Source of the DNA: a virus
Lineage: Duplodnaviria; Heunggongvirae; Uroviricota; Caudoviricetes
Direction: 5' to 3' (one strand)
IMG/VR virus record: IMGVR_UViG_3300037510_000012
Coordinates: 85,267 to 129,142 of that record
DNA length: 43,876 nt
Below are positions 15,393-23,399 of the stretch, piece after piece. Numbering within the stretch: position 1 is the stretch's first letter; each line of letters begins with the position of its first letter. Made by a program: the position numbers and the translations under genes. The notes under the pieces were generated by a model. The model saw only the letters and a program-made list of their open reading frames with translations. It was not told the DNA's origin and did not search any database.

Positions 15393-15482
15393 ACGGTTCG
15401 GGTTGCGGTATTCCGGGCGGGTGTCTGGAATACCGTTTCCCAATCCGCTTACGGTGAGTGGATTAGAAAGGCAGTCAAAGCT

Positions 15483-15875
15483 ATGGGACACATTTTCGCT
15501 TTCATGACCGGTGAGGCCGTTTCGGTTGACGGTGGGGAGGACGAAAGGGAAGAGCGGCGCGGCTGGATTGACCGTGAATGGTCTATGACCGTTCTACACG
15601 AAAGCCGCAACGACGTTTCCCCGCTCGTTTCCCTTGACGAAAGCGACACCGAAAGTCTCGCGGACGAAATTCGAGACATTCTCGGTGACGGTTCGCTGTA
15701 TTTCGACAACGGCGACGGAACGTTTTACGGGCAGTCGGAAACCATGGAAGATGGTTTCTACTGGACTTACGCCGTTCACTTTGTCCGAAAGGGCGGCGCG
15801 AGTGAGGGTTTCCAGGAATCGCCCTGGCACCCGGAAAGCGACGGCGGTATTTCCCTTTCTGAGAATGGAGAGTGA
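15483..15875 (+). CDS. acidic hypothetical protein
   Basis: RBS AGAAAGG; 130 aa. Confidence 0.8.
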   Translation: MGHIFAFMTGEAVSVDGGEDEREERRGWIDREWSMTVLHESRNDVSPLVSLDESDTESLADEIRDILGDGSLYFDNGDGTFYGQSETMEDGFYWTYAVHFVRKGGASEGFQESPWHPESDGGISLSENGE

Positions 15876-16082
15876 ATGTACGACCGTAGCGAATACACCG
15901 TGACCGATTCGGGAATCAACGAATACGGTTCGGTATGGGTAAAGGCAATCGGGCCGGATTACACGATTGCCCGGCGATTGGTTGCGGCGCATTCCCGAAA
16001 GAACGGTTACGGCCGTTGGCTTTCTGCGGGTGCGACGCTTTCCCCGAACAGTGTTGAGGTTCGGGTGTGCTATCACCCCTAG
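15876..16082 (+). CDS. hypothetical protein
   Basis: abuts upstream stop; RBS GGAG. Confidence 0.7.
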   Translation: MYDRSEYTVTDSGINEYGSVWVKAIGPDYTIARRLVAAHSRKNGYGRWLSAGATLSPNSVEVRVCYHP

Positions 16083-16182
16083 TTGTTAGGTTGGTACATA
16101 GCCCGATACAAAAAGGGGCTGTGTGCCTTCCTACGGCCCCCGGAAACCGTTCCGGGTGTCTGTGTCTAGGGAGGTCCTAAGA

Positions 16183-16599
16183 ATGGCTCTGACGGGCGTA
16201 CACACGGACGGAAACGGCACCCGGCACCGGAACGGGGAGTGTGGTTACTCGCCCCTGTCTGTACGTGGGGTGACACGCTGTATGTGCAAGGGGTATCCGG
16301 CCACTACCGTGCAGGGTGATTGCACGGTATGCGGGGGCGGGTATTACGAAACGATGGGGGAATATGAAGCGGACATTCCCCCCGTCAATTCCGGGCGGGT
16401 TGTGGAAGAGTTCACCATTACCATCATTGCCTATAGGGGAAAGAACAAGGTAAAGGTAAACGGTATTCGGGAAGACTCGGTAAGTGCAAAGGTAGATACG
16501 GAAGGAAACGTCACCCTTTCCTTTGAGTTCTACGAATACCCGGACCGAATCGGTTATCTGCCGTGTGTGGATTGGTACGAAACCGAATGTGAGGTCTAG
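16183..16599 (+). CDS. Cys-rich hypothetical protein
   Basis: RBS GGGAGG, ATG 16183 in ORF 16123..16599; CxC and CxxC motifs. Confidence 0.75.
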   Translation: MALTGVHTDGNGTRHRNGECGYSPLSVRGVTRCMCKGYPATTVQGDCTVCGGGYYETMGEYEADIPPVNSGRVVEEFTITIIAYRGKNKVKVNGIREDSVSAKVDTEGNVTLSFEFYEYPDRIGYLPCVDWYETECEV

Positions 16600-16798
16600 A
16601 AAAGCGCTACTCAGCGAATAGAAAGGAATACGCATAGAGAGTAGACCTAGAGAGAGGGTAATTGTGGGGCATTCATTCGCGCCGAATATACGAGGCAAAT
16701 AGCCAAATAGCCCTGCAAATGCAAGCTAAATACAGGGAATAGGGGGGGTATATACGGTATCCCCCTATATACAAGGGCCTATAGGAAGGGGTCTATAT

Positions 16799-17062
16799 AT
16801 GGTATGTGCTATTCAGTGGGTACAAAGAAAGGAATGCGGCGGATATCTGGTCAATGATGGTACGCATACTGTCTTTGTAGATACCCATACTCAGGACAAT
16901 ACAACTCCCCTCTATATCTACCTAGGTATAGGGGATACACACAAGGGTAAGAGCGTGTATGAGAGTGCGCTTATCATGCCCTCTATGGTTATCAATGCTG
17001 CACAGTACAATGCATTGGTTTCCTCTATGCCTAATGACTCTCAAGAGGTATTCAAAGGGTGA
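16799..17062 (+). CDS. hypothetical protein
   Basis: RBS AAGGGG; 87 aa; lower GC than the upstream block. Confidence 0.55.
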   Translation: MVCAIQWVQRKECGGYLVNDGTHTVFVDTHTQDNTTPLYIYLGIGDTHKGKSVYESALIMPSMVINAAQYNALVSSMPNDSQEVFKG

Positions 17063-17468
17063 AATTCCCTCAGAAGAAAACCCGCGCGCAATTCTCAATC
17101 ATGCTGGCAATGTCTCTTCCTTTGTAGCTCGGAATACATTCCTCGGAATTGCTTTCGGTGCTGCGAGCGCCGGGGCAATTGCTGCCATTCTGACTTTTGG
17201 CGTGATTTTCTTCGGAATTGTTTGGTGCCTTTTCGCCGCCATTTAAAGAATTCTTCGGGGGGTCCTCCTATTGAATTGGGAATGGGTCCCCCGGAGAAAT
17301 TCTGGCGAATTCGAATTCCCTTTTATGGGCGCACTAATTGCGAATGCAAATTTTAATTGCCGGCCTATATCATACATCATAAAAAATTTGTGACATTTTG
17401 AATGTGGAAAATAGGTTACTCTAAGATGCTGCTACATTACTGTGTGTAATTCGCTGCAAACGCGAAAA

Positions 17469-17488
17469 GACCCTCTCCGAAGAGAGGG
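17469..17488 (-). terminator. intrinsic terminator of the leftward operon
   Basis: ACCCTCTC-CGAA-GAGAGGGT with AAAAG on its left (U-tract on - strand). Confidence 0.7.
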
Positions 17489-17571
17489 TTGCTTCTCATT
17501 TGTATAGGACTTCTATGGCGTGCCTTTTCACTACGATATAGACTCTGCCTTCTTTGCCGCACACGTAACAT

Positions 17572-17787
17572 CTACCCTGCATCTTCTTCAACAGAAAATG
17601 CTGGAGCTGGTGTGAATGTCAATCCTTGCTCGTGCATGAGTGCAAGTTGTTCTGCCTTTACTGGGTCATGTACTGACAACAAAGCGAGAAGAACATCGTA
17701 TGTTCTCATCATCTGAATCAGCAGGACAGTATTGAAGTTCTCTGGTGCAAATGCATCATTTGAACTTTCATAGTTCTCTTGGTTCAT
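17572..17787 (-). CDS. hypothetical protein
   Basis: 71 aa; overlaps upstream gene; last gene of leftward operon. Confidence 0.75.
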   Translation of the reverse strand: MNQENYESSNDAFAPENFNTVLLIQMMRTYDVLLALLSVHDPVKAEQLALMHEQGLTFTPAPAFSVEEDAG

Positions 17788-17956
17788 CTAGTCTTCTTTC
17801 TACTGATACGATTGTATCTTCTTCTAGGTTGATAGACCAGTCGTCCACATAATACCCGCCCGGAAATTCTTCAATCTCAATGTTGTTCTTCCTTGCCCAG
17901 TAAAGGATTTCCTCCTTGCTGTGCAACTTCTCTAGTGTTTCCTTCTGTGTAGCCAT
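17768..17956 (-). CDS. hypothetical protein
   Basis: 62 aa, operon context. Confidence 0.75.
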   Translation of the reverse strand: MATQKETLEKLHSKEEILYWARKNNIEIEEFPGGYYVDDWSINLEEDTIVSVERRLDEPREL

Positions 17957-17965
17957 ACTTACATT

Positions 17966-18124
17966 TTACTTGATATAGCTGAACTTGTCACCATTGAATA
18001 CGCAAGTCCATCCGCCCACCTGCATTTCGTTCCCCTTTGTTTTTGTGGGAAGTCCGTGCTTCTGAGCGAAAGCCTTAACCTCAGCCTTGGTCTTACACTT
18101 CAATAGGTCCCTCTGCTTAGCCAT
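17966..18124 (-). CDS. 52 aa hypothetical protein, apparent paralogue of 17768..17956
   Basis: MAKQRDLLKCKTKAEVKAFAQKHGL...VGGWTCVFNGDKFSYIK. Confidence 0.7.
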   Translation of the reverse strand: MAKQRDLLKCKTKAEVKAFAQKHGLPTKTKGNEMQVGGWTCVFNGDKFSYIK

Positions 18125-18341
18125 TATCAATCTCCTTTTCGTATTCGTCGGATAGTCTCATGATGAGTCCTGACAAAGCCTTGTTAGCAACACCCGCCGC
18201 AGAAGTCAGCGGCGAGTACATTACTCTATCAGACATATGAAGCTTTGCATTCGCTTCATTCTGAGTCTCAAGATAGTCAACCACATTGCCTAGCGTGTGG
18301 AAAATCTTCTCAAGCTCTCTAATCAAATCTGCCTTTTCCAT
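18117..18341 (-). CDS. helical hypothetical protein
   Basis: RBS AGGAGA; 74 aa. Confidence 0.75.
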   Translation of the reverse strand: MEKADLIRELEKIFHTLGNVVDYLETQNEANAKLHMSDRVMYSPLTSAAGVANKALSGLIMRLSDEYEKEIDNG

Positions 18342-18970
18342 TCTTCTCCTACATACTTTGTATAAGCAGGTGGAATGGCCTCGTTGATTTCCTTATGAAT
18401 CATCCAGTCAATACCCATCGCCTTTCTCTTCTCTGCGATTGTAGCATTTCCTCCACCTGTAACTTGGACAAACATGTCATCTGACATAGCCCGCCCGAAG
18501 TGATTCTTTCTTTTGTCGTAGGTGTAAACAAGCGCCTTATGCTTTGGGTGTTCTGGAGCCTCTAGGCTCCAATTCGTCTCGAACAGTCTATGTCTGTAGA
18601 CTCTCAAACCGTCGAACATCCCACCACATAGCATGACGGCATCCTTGAGCGGAGCCGTATCTACGTTCTCAATCACATACGGCAATCCTGAGTCCTCAAG
18701 CATTTCTCGTACCGGCCCAATTAGGTCTGGATACTCCTTGCCTGTCCTCTTTTGCAAGTCGCTGTATTTTTGACAGGGCGGACTGGCGTGCACAAAATCA
18801 AACCGTCCGCTCATCATCATACGCCAACCTACAGAAAGAGCGTCACCCAAGACGAAATTGAATGGATAACGCACCTGTGCTTTGTTGTCTACACCGACAA
18901 CTTCAAATCCAGCTTGGTGGTACCCCATTGAGGCACCACCCGCTCCGCAAAATAGGTCTAGTATTCTCAC
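18323..18970 (-). CDS. short C5-cytosine DNA methyltransferase
   Basis: motif I ILDLFCGAGG, motif IV SPPCQ, motif VI IENV, motif VIII-like RHRLFE; little or no target-recognition domain. Confidence 0.9.
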   Translation of the reverse strand: MRILDLFCGAGGASMGYHQAGFEVVGVDNKAQVRYPFNFVLGDALSVGWRMMMSGRFDFVHASPPCQKYSDLQKRTGKEYPDLIGPVREMLEDSGLPYVIENVDTAPLKDAVMLCGGMFDGLRVYRHRLFETNWSLEAPEHPKHKALVYTYDKRKNHFGRAMSDDMFVQVTGGGNATIAEKRKAMGIDWMIHKEINEAIPPAYTKYVGEEWKRQI

Positions 18971-18982
18971 AGACCTATTGTA

Positions 18983-19153
18983 TCAGGGAGTCCATCCAAT
19001 TGGAACTTCTCTTTGAAGAACTCCATCAATATAGTAATATGCCTTGCCGTCTCTAGTTTCCAGAATCTTTCTTCCCCCACCTAGACTTTTCAACTGTTTA
19101 TAATTGCCAGTCTTTGCGAGAATTTCCTCTGCCTTATCAAGCCTGTTATGCAT
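18983..19153 (-). CDS. 56 aa hypothetical protein
   Basis: MHNRLDKAEEILAKTG...PIGWTP fills the gap between thyX and the methylase. Confidence 0.65.
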   Translation of the reverse strand: MHNRLDKAEEILAKTGNYKQLKSLGGGRKILETRDGKAYYYIDGVLQREVPIGWTP

Positions 19154-19913
19154 TTCTAATCGTCTCCATACATACTGGGAAATGCTCGTGCGTCAATTCC
19201 CAAACAGCCTTGGCATAGTCCTGAATTTCCTTCTGTGCATCGTGCTCAAGTCGCTGGTGAAGGAAGTGAGTCAGAGCACCAAGAGAACAAGTCCAGCGCC
19301 AACGAACATAAAGTCCATAAGCCGGGAGAAATAGACGAGCCTGCTCAGCACAGACACCATTAGCCATGGCGGAATCATAAAGGTCAATGCTCTTGCGGGC
19401 CAGTTCTGTAAGCTCATCTGTCCAGAAATTTCCATACTCCTCAGCGAAATCGTCTCTAACATCAAGTGCGTAATCGTTATATCTCCAAGCACCCCACTCA
19501 ACATCATCAAGAGACTTTAGAGGTTCACCCGAACCCTGCTTCTTATTTTCTGGCGCTGAACGCCACTCATTCGGAGCGGGAACGTAAAACTCTGGAATTT
19601 CAGTTACATAACGACGAGAAGATTCATTCCATCCATTCTGGTCTTCAAGATGAGTTGATGCTACTGCATACTTCCACCACTGCCTTGCTACGAAGAGTGG
19701 TGCATAAACCTCAAAAGTGAGAGCGGAATGACGGAACACTGATGAGTGCTCTTCACGTTGAAGAAAGGCGAGAAGACGTGCTTCTCTATCTCCAAACTCT
19801 TCGGACTCCTTCATGAAAGAGACCTTTGCTGAATTAATAGGGTCAAGGTCATCACCCATGTCCTTTACTCGCCGCACATAACCCTTGTCAAGAACTTCAA
19901 TCTTATCTGTCAT
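19146..19913 (-). CDS. thyX: flavin-dependent thymidylate synthase ThyX
   Basis: H-S-x-F-x-H..TFEV..PLFVARQW, NESSRRY, EQARLFLP, AQKEIQ motifs. Confidence 0.93.
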   Translation of the reverse strand: MTDKIEVLDKGYVRRVKDMGDDLDPINSAKVSFMKESEEFGDREARLLAFLQREEHSSVFRHSALTFEVYAPLFVARQWWKYAVASTHLEDQNGWNESSRRYVTEIPEFYVPAPNEWRSAPENKKQGSGEPLKSLDDVEWGAWRYNDYALDVRDDFAEEYGNFWTDELTELARKSIDLYDSAMANGVCAEQARLFLPAYGLYVRWRWTCSLGALTHFLHQRLEHDAQKEIQDYAKAVWELTHEHFPVCMETIRNA

Positions 19914-20127
19914 ACGCATCTCCCAAAACGTGTCTCATCGTTGCCTCATGGGCATTTGTCATTTCGTACTTTCTACGGGCTTCATCATAACCCGCCATGA
20001 TTGCATTGGCAAACCAGCCAAGCATCATCTCTTCGTCCATAATATCGATTGGCTCATTCTGCCAAATCTCCATGAAATTCTTTGCCCAGTATCGGGCATC
20101 AGTGCTACTAGAATCAAACTTGGTCAT
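19903..20127 (-). CDS. hypothetical protein
   Basis: ATGA coupling; DARYWAKNF...WFANAIMAGYD. Confidence 0.8.
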   Translation of the reverse strand: MTKFDSSSTDARYWAKNFMEIWQNEPIDIMDEEMMLGWFANAIMAGYDEARRKYEMTNAHEATMRHVLGDAYDR

Positions 20128-20276
20128 CCCAGGTTATCCAATTCCTTCTGTAGTTGCTTAATCTTGCGTTCAGCGCGCTTAGCGCCTACTTCATTTCCTT
20201 CCTCTTCAAACTGAGCCTTAATTCTCTTCTGAGACTCAATCTGTCCAGATAGTCTAATCGCTCTTAGATGGTCCAT
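20124..20276 (-). CDS. 50 aa coiled-coil protein
   Basis: RBS GGAG; MDHLRAIRLSGQIESQKR...KELDNLG. Confidence 0.7.
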   Translation of the reverse strand: MDHLRAIRLSGQIESQKRIKAQFEEEGNEVGAKRAERKIKQLQKELDNLG

Positions 20277-20391
20277 TGATAATCTCCTCAAACTTCTTCG
20301 AGTCTTCAGCCTTCTTCTCTGTTACGTAGAAGGCTCCATCGTCGTCTTGCTCGATTGGAACGCCATCTGAGCCGATGTAGATATTTGCCAT
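20254..20391 (-). CDS. 45 aa acidic protein
   Basis: RBS AGGAGAG, ATG at 20391 (MANIYIGSDG...). Confidence 0.65.
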   Translation of the reverse strand: MANIYIGSDGVPIEQDDDGAFYVTEKKAEDSKKFEEIINGPSKSD

Positions 20392-20560
20392 TATCTCTCC
20401 TTTTGGTAACAATCCATCCACTCTCCTGGCATTGCCAGCAGGGTTGGAATACGTAATTTTCCATGTCCAGAACAGACTTTCTAGTCTGACAAACTGGACA
20501 TGCATGGTCATGTTGTGCAAATAGGCCATCAGTTAGAATCTTTGGCTTATGCATTTTCAC
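20306..20560 (-). CDS. zinc-ribbon protein
   Basis: GTGA coupling; CPVC ... CWQC; overlaps next gene by ~86 nt. Confidence 0.65.
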   Translation of the reverse strand: MKMHKPKILTDGLFAQHDHACPVCQTRKSVLDMENYVFQPCWQCQESGWIVTKRRDNGKYLHRLRWRSNRARRRWSLLRNREEG

Positions 20561-20715
20561 TTGTTTGGGTCCGTTCCATCAAACTTGTTATCAGTTAGCT
20601 GCAAAAGCTTGTTGAAAGCCTTTCTACGACCCACATCGTCTCCTCGCTCCTTCGCATCAAGATACTTTCGGAACCAGAGACGTCTTTCTTGATAATACTT
20701 CTTATCGTTAGACAT
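20557..20715 (-). CDS. 52 aa basic hypothetical protein
   Basis: RBS AAGGA; MSNDKKYYQERRLWFRKY... Confidence 0.7.
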   Translation of the reverse strand: MSNDKKYYQERRLWFRKYLDAKERGDDVGRRKAFNKLLQLTDNKFDGTDPNK

Positions 20716-20920
20716 TGTGTTCCTTTACTACCGCCCGAATTTGGTCATAAACGTCTAGACCCGGCTTAATAATCGTATCACAAATTCGACACCATAGAGC
20801 GGGTTCGTCGTTCTCTCCAAGAACTGTAGCAAGTCGTTCATCACAATTTGGACACGACAGAGGCTTCACCTTACCTTCACTGGCAAGGTGGTTGTACGCG
20901 TGAAAATAATACCATTCCAT
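20708..20920 (-). CDS. zinc-ribbon protein
   Basis: CPNC ... CRIC, PGL motif. Confidence 0.75.
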   Translation of the reverse strand: MEWYYFHAYNHLASEGKVKPLSCPNCDERLATVLGENDEPALWCRICDTIIKPGLDVYDQIRAVVKEHNV

Positions 20921-20928
20921 ATGCAAAA

Positions 20929-20946
20929 AGCCACCGAAAGGTGGCT
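20929..20946 (-). terminator. intrinsic terminator after the tRNA cluster
   Basis: AGCCACC-GAAA-GGTGGCT with an A-run on its left (U-tract on - strand). Confidence 0.7.
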
Positions 20947-20969
20947 GGTCTCCTTTTCTATTCTATAAG

Positions 20970-21042
20970 AGCCTGATGTGGGAATCGAACCCACGACCTT
21001 TCCCGTACCAAGGGAATGTTCTCCCACTGCAACTAATCAGGC
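20970..21042 (-). tRNA. tRNA-Thr(GGT)
   Basis: cloverleaf GCCTGAT...ATCAGGC; anticodon arm TTCCC-TTGGTAC-GGGAA; GTTCGATTC. Confidence 0.9.
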
Positions 21043-21097
21043 GCAGCCCCGAAGGGCGCAGGGCGACGAGACTTTGAACTAGTTTTAATCCCCTCGC

Positions 21098-21140
21098 AAG
21101 CTTACCGGTCCCCAAAAAGGAGAAGAAAAACGGGACCGGC
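21098..21140 (-). repeat. hairpin + TAAGCTT element on the - strand
   Basis: CCGGTCCC 21105-21112 / GGGACCGG 21132-21139, followed on the - strand by T-AAGCTT (21098-21103). Confidence 0.7.
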
Positions 21141-21144
21141 TAAG

Positions 21145-21216
21145 AGCCAGATATCGGAATCGAACCGATGATTCATCACTACGAAAGATGTGTGTTCCCA
21201 CTACAACTAATCTGGC
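21145..21216 (-). tRNA. tRNA-Thr(CGT)
   Basis: GCCAGAT...ATCTGGC; anticodon loop TTCGTAG; T.T mismatch at the loop-proximal pair of the anticodon stem. Confidence 0.85.
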
Positions 21217-21307
21217 GAAGGCCGTTCCCCTGCAACTAGGTACTAGACCGTCCTCGAACAACAGAGGCAAGTTCGGTTGCATTCTCCCCTGCGTACTTGC
21301 CCGATTG

Positions 21308-21381
21308 AGCCGGTTATCGGATTCGAACCGATGACCTATCGCTTACAAGGCGATTGCTCTGGCCAACTGAGCTAAACCGGC
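21308..21381 (-). tRNA. tRNA-Thr(TGT)
   Basis: GCCGGTT...AACCGGC; ATCGC-CTTGTAA-GCGAT; canonical D and T loops. Confidence 0.95.
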
Positions 21382-21382
21382 A

Positions 21383-21454
21383 GTGCACCCCCAAGGACTT
21401 GAACCTCAGATTACCACTGTATCAGAATGGCGTATTGCGTTATACTAGGGTGCA
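21383..21454 (-). tRNA. tRNA-Ile(GAT), somewhat degenerate
   Basis: TGCACCC...GGGTGCA; CCATT-CTGATAC-AGTGG; GTTCAAGTC; D-loop lacks GG. Confidence 0.75.
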
Positions 21455-21569
21455 TGATGACTGAAGTAGAATAGAGGGAAGAACTTCAGTCAAGCTTTAG
21501 GATAGTACGATGCCCCATCCCAAGGCCAATTAATTACATCTTAGCACGACTGGTTGTGCGTGTCAAGAA

Positions 21570-22238
21570 TCAGTAGCCGCAACGCGGGGCGGTAACCCAG
21601 TTGCTTGCTCCCTTTCCATTGTTCCACAACTTCCAGAATGCTGCATCCTGTTGTGCAGGAGAGTAATTCATGGCCTTTCCTGGAAGTCCAGTAATACTTT
21701 GCCATGTAGAATCCATAAACTGATAAGCACCAGAGGCTCCCGAACCTGAGTTGAGAGCACGATAGTTTCCACCTGACTCGTACTTCCGGATACACGCAGC
21801 AATTCCACCAGGGGCTACGTGATTTTGTGTTGGCTGAGTTACCCTAGGCTTATATACGCGTGGCTTAGAATTTGCTACGCGCTGCTTCCTGGCCTTCTCA
21901 GCCGCTGCCCTAAGAGCTGCCTGTCGTTCGGCTTCTCTCTGAGCTGCTTCACGGGCCTTCTTTTCCTTAGCCCGCTTTTCTGCTTCATCTAGTTCACGCT
22001 GTCTTTCTTCAGCCTGAATCTTCTGACTATATCTCTTCATATCTGCCATCTGTTCCATTTCTGAAACTAGTGGCTGCCTCGTGTCGCTTCTTGAAGCCCT
22101 AGTATGGTCTTCCTCACCACGGTCCGACTGGCTGTCGGCTGCTACGACAGGTCTTTCTGTATTACTCTCCACTACTACAAACGATGTAGTACCTGCTACT
22201 GCAAGCAAAGTGGCTAGTGTTGCGAATGTTCTCTTCAT
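21570..22238 (-). CDS. exported lytic transglycosylase (Rpf/lysozyme-like) with coiled-coil stalk
   Basis: signal/TM N-terminus, EK/RA-rich coil, CIRKYESGGNY...SGASGAYQFMDSTW catalytic domain; RBS AAGGAGG. Confidence 0.88.
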   Translation of the reverse strand: MKRTFATLATLLAVAGTTSFVVVESNTERPVVAADSQSDRGEEDHTRASRSDTRQPLVSEMEQMADMKRYSQKIQAEERQRELDEAEKRAKEKKAREAAQREAERQAALRAAAEKARKQRVANSKPRVYKPRVTQPTQNHVAPGGIAACIRKYESGGNYRALNSGSGASGAYQFMDSTWQSITGLPGKAMNYSPAQQDAAFWKLWNNGKGASNWVTAPRCGY

Positions 22239-22268
22239 GAGACCTCCTTTGTCAGCAACGATTCATCT

Positions 22269-22311
22269 AATGTACCAGAACCGTCACAACCTTGCAACTA
22301 TGATGTTGCAA
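22269..22311 (-). promoter_or_regulatory. leftward promoter with palindrome over the -35
   Basis: on - strand TTGCAA-17-TACATT; inverted repeat TTGCAAC-N6-GTTGCAA at 22292-22311. Confidence 0.55.
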
Positions 22312-22331
22312 AAATTGGCGGCAGTTTCTAC

Positions 22332-22361
22332 TTGACAGCAAAGAGAGACAGATGCTAGTGT
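22332..22361 (+). promoter_or_regulatory. rightward promoter of the divergent pair
   Basis: TTGACA 22332-22337, 18 bp, TAGTGT 22356-22361 with a TG extension. Confidence 0.55.
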
Positions 22362-22400
22362 ATAAATTACACTAGAAACAAAAGGAAGAAGAGTAAACAA

Positions 22401-23399
22401 TTGAGAGTAAGTTTCTATACAGTTAGAAGTAACTTGAAGACTGATAACGGATACGGCTATGCAGGCCACAATATCAGAAACAGTCTAGAGAAGCTAGGTC
22501 ATACTGTAGGATTTCATGATGAACAGGCTGAGGTGCAGCTTGATTTCTGTCAACCTCCACTTTATTCGCATTTTCCTAGCCAATACAAGATTGGCTACAC
22601 TCCTTGGGAGTCATCCTCCTTGCCAGAAGGGTGGAAAGAGGGATTTAATGCTGTGGATGAGGTTTGGACAACATCACAAAAGTGTAAAGAATGGTACGAA
22701 AATGCCGGTATTTCACGTCCAATTCACGTATTTGAGCACGGAATTGAGCCAATTTGGGCAAAAAAGCGAAGAAATCCGCAAAAAATCGTTAAATTCCTTC
22801 ATATTGGTGAGCCAGCACCACGAAAAGGTGGTCAAATGGCCCTGGAAGCCTTCAGATTTGCCTTTGGCAACCAAACTGACGTACACTTGACTATCAAAGC
22901 CAATGGTTCCAACAGTACCAGAGTCTACGCATCAACATTTCATCGTGGCGGACCACGAAGTATCCTTGGTTTGCCTCATCAGGTATATCAAAACGTTACC
23001 GTTCTTGAGGACAGCTTGTCGTTGAACGAATTGGTAGGACTCTATCACAGCCATCACACTCTTGTCTACCCTTCCTGGGGTGAGGGATTCGGTTTGATTC
23101 CCCTACAAGGTCTTGCAACCGGTATGCCGACCATTTGTACCGGTGCTTGGGCTCCATATGAGCGATTCCTGGGGGATTTGAACCTAAACTCTCGTATTGC
23201 TGACAGTAAGTGGTCAGACATTCACCCCGGCAAGATGTATGAGCCTAGCATGGACCATCTTGTTGAGCTTTACAGATATACATATGACAATTATGAAGAA
23301 TTGTCTAAGCAATTCTATGATAATTCAGATAGAGTGCATTCAGAATACAATTGGGACACTCTAACAAAAGACGCTTTCGAGCATTTGGAGAATAGATGA
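22401..23399 (+). CDS. GT-B (GT4-like) glycosyltransferase
   Basis: TTG start; IGYTPWES, FLHIGEPAPRKG, LVYPSWGEGFGLIPLQGLATGMP. Confidence 0.92.
   Translation: MRVSFYTVRSNLKTDNGYGYAGHNIRNSLEKLGHTVGFHDEQAEVQLDFCQPPLYSHFPSQYKIGYTPWESSSLPEGWKEGFNAVDEVWTTSQKCKEWYENAGISRPIHVFEHGIEPIWAKKRRNPQKIVKFLHIGEPAPRKGGQMALEAFRFAFGNQTDVHLTIKANGSNSTRVYASTFHRGGPRSILGLPHQVYQNVTVLEDSLSLNELVGLYHSHHTLVYPSWGEGFGLIPLQGLATGMPTICTGAWAPYERFLGDLNLNSRIADSKWSDIHPGKMYEPSMDHLVELYRYTYDNYEELSKQFYDNSDRVHSEYNWDTLTKDAFEHLENR

Larger units (their letters stand above)
12639..15447 (+). repeat. family of long intergenic hairpins, three closed by GG(A/T)TYGGG/CCCAATC
   Basis: 12639-12676, 12907-12960 and 15396-15447 share the closing helix; related hairpins at 13683-13717, 14547-14579, 14871-14931; each just after a stop codon and upstream of the next RBS. 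Confidence 0.75.

Noticed and set aside
16959-17246. 95 aa ORF with a hydrophobic C-terminus
   Set aside because: Overlaps 16799..17062 by ~100 nt with no RBS; a short membrane peptide here is possible but I cannot assign a start.
22239-22330. c-di-AMP (ydaO) riboswitch upstream of the Rpf-like gene, as in Streptomyces rpfA
   Set aside because: The predicted leader is only ~25 nt and no ydaO motif is visible.
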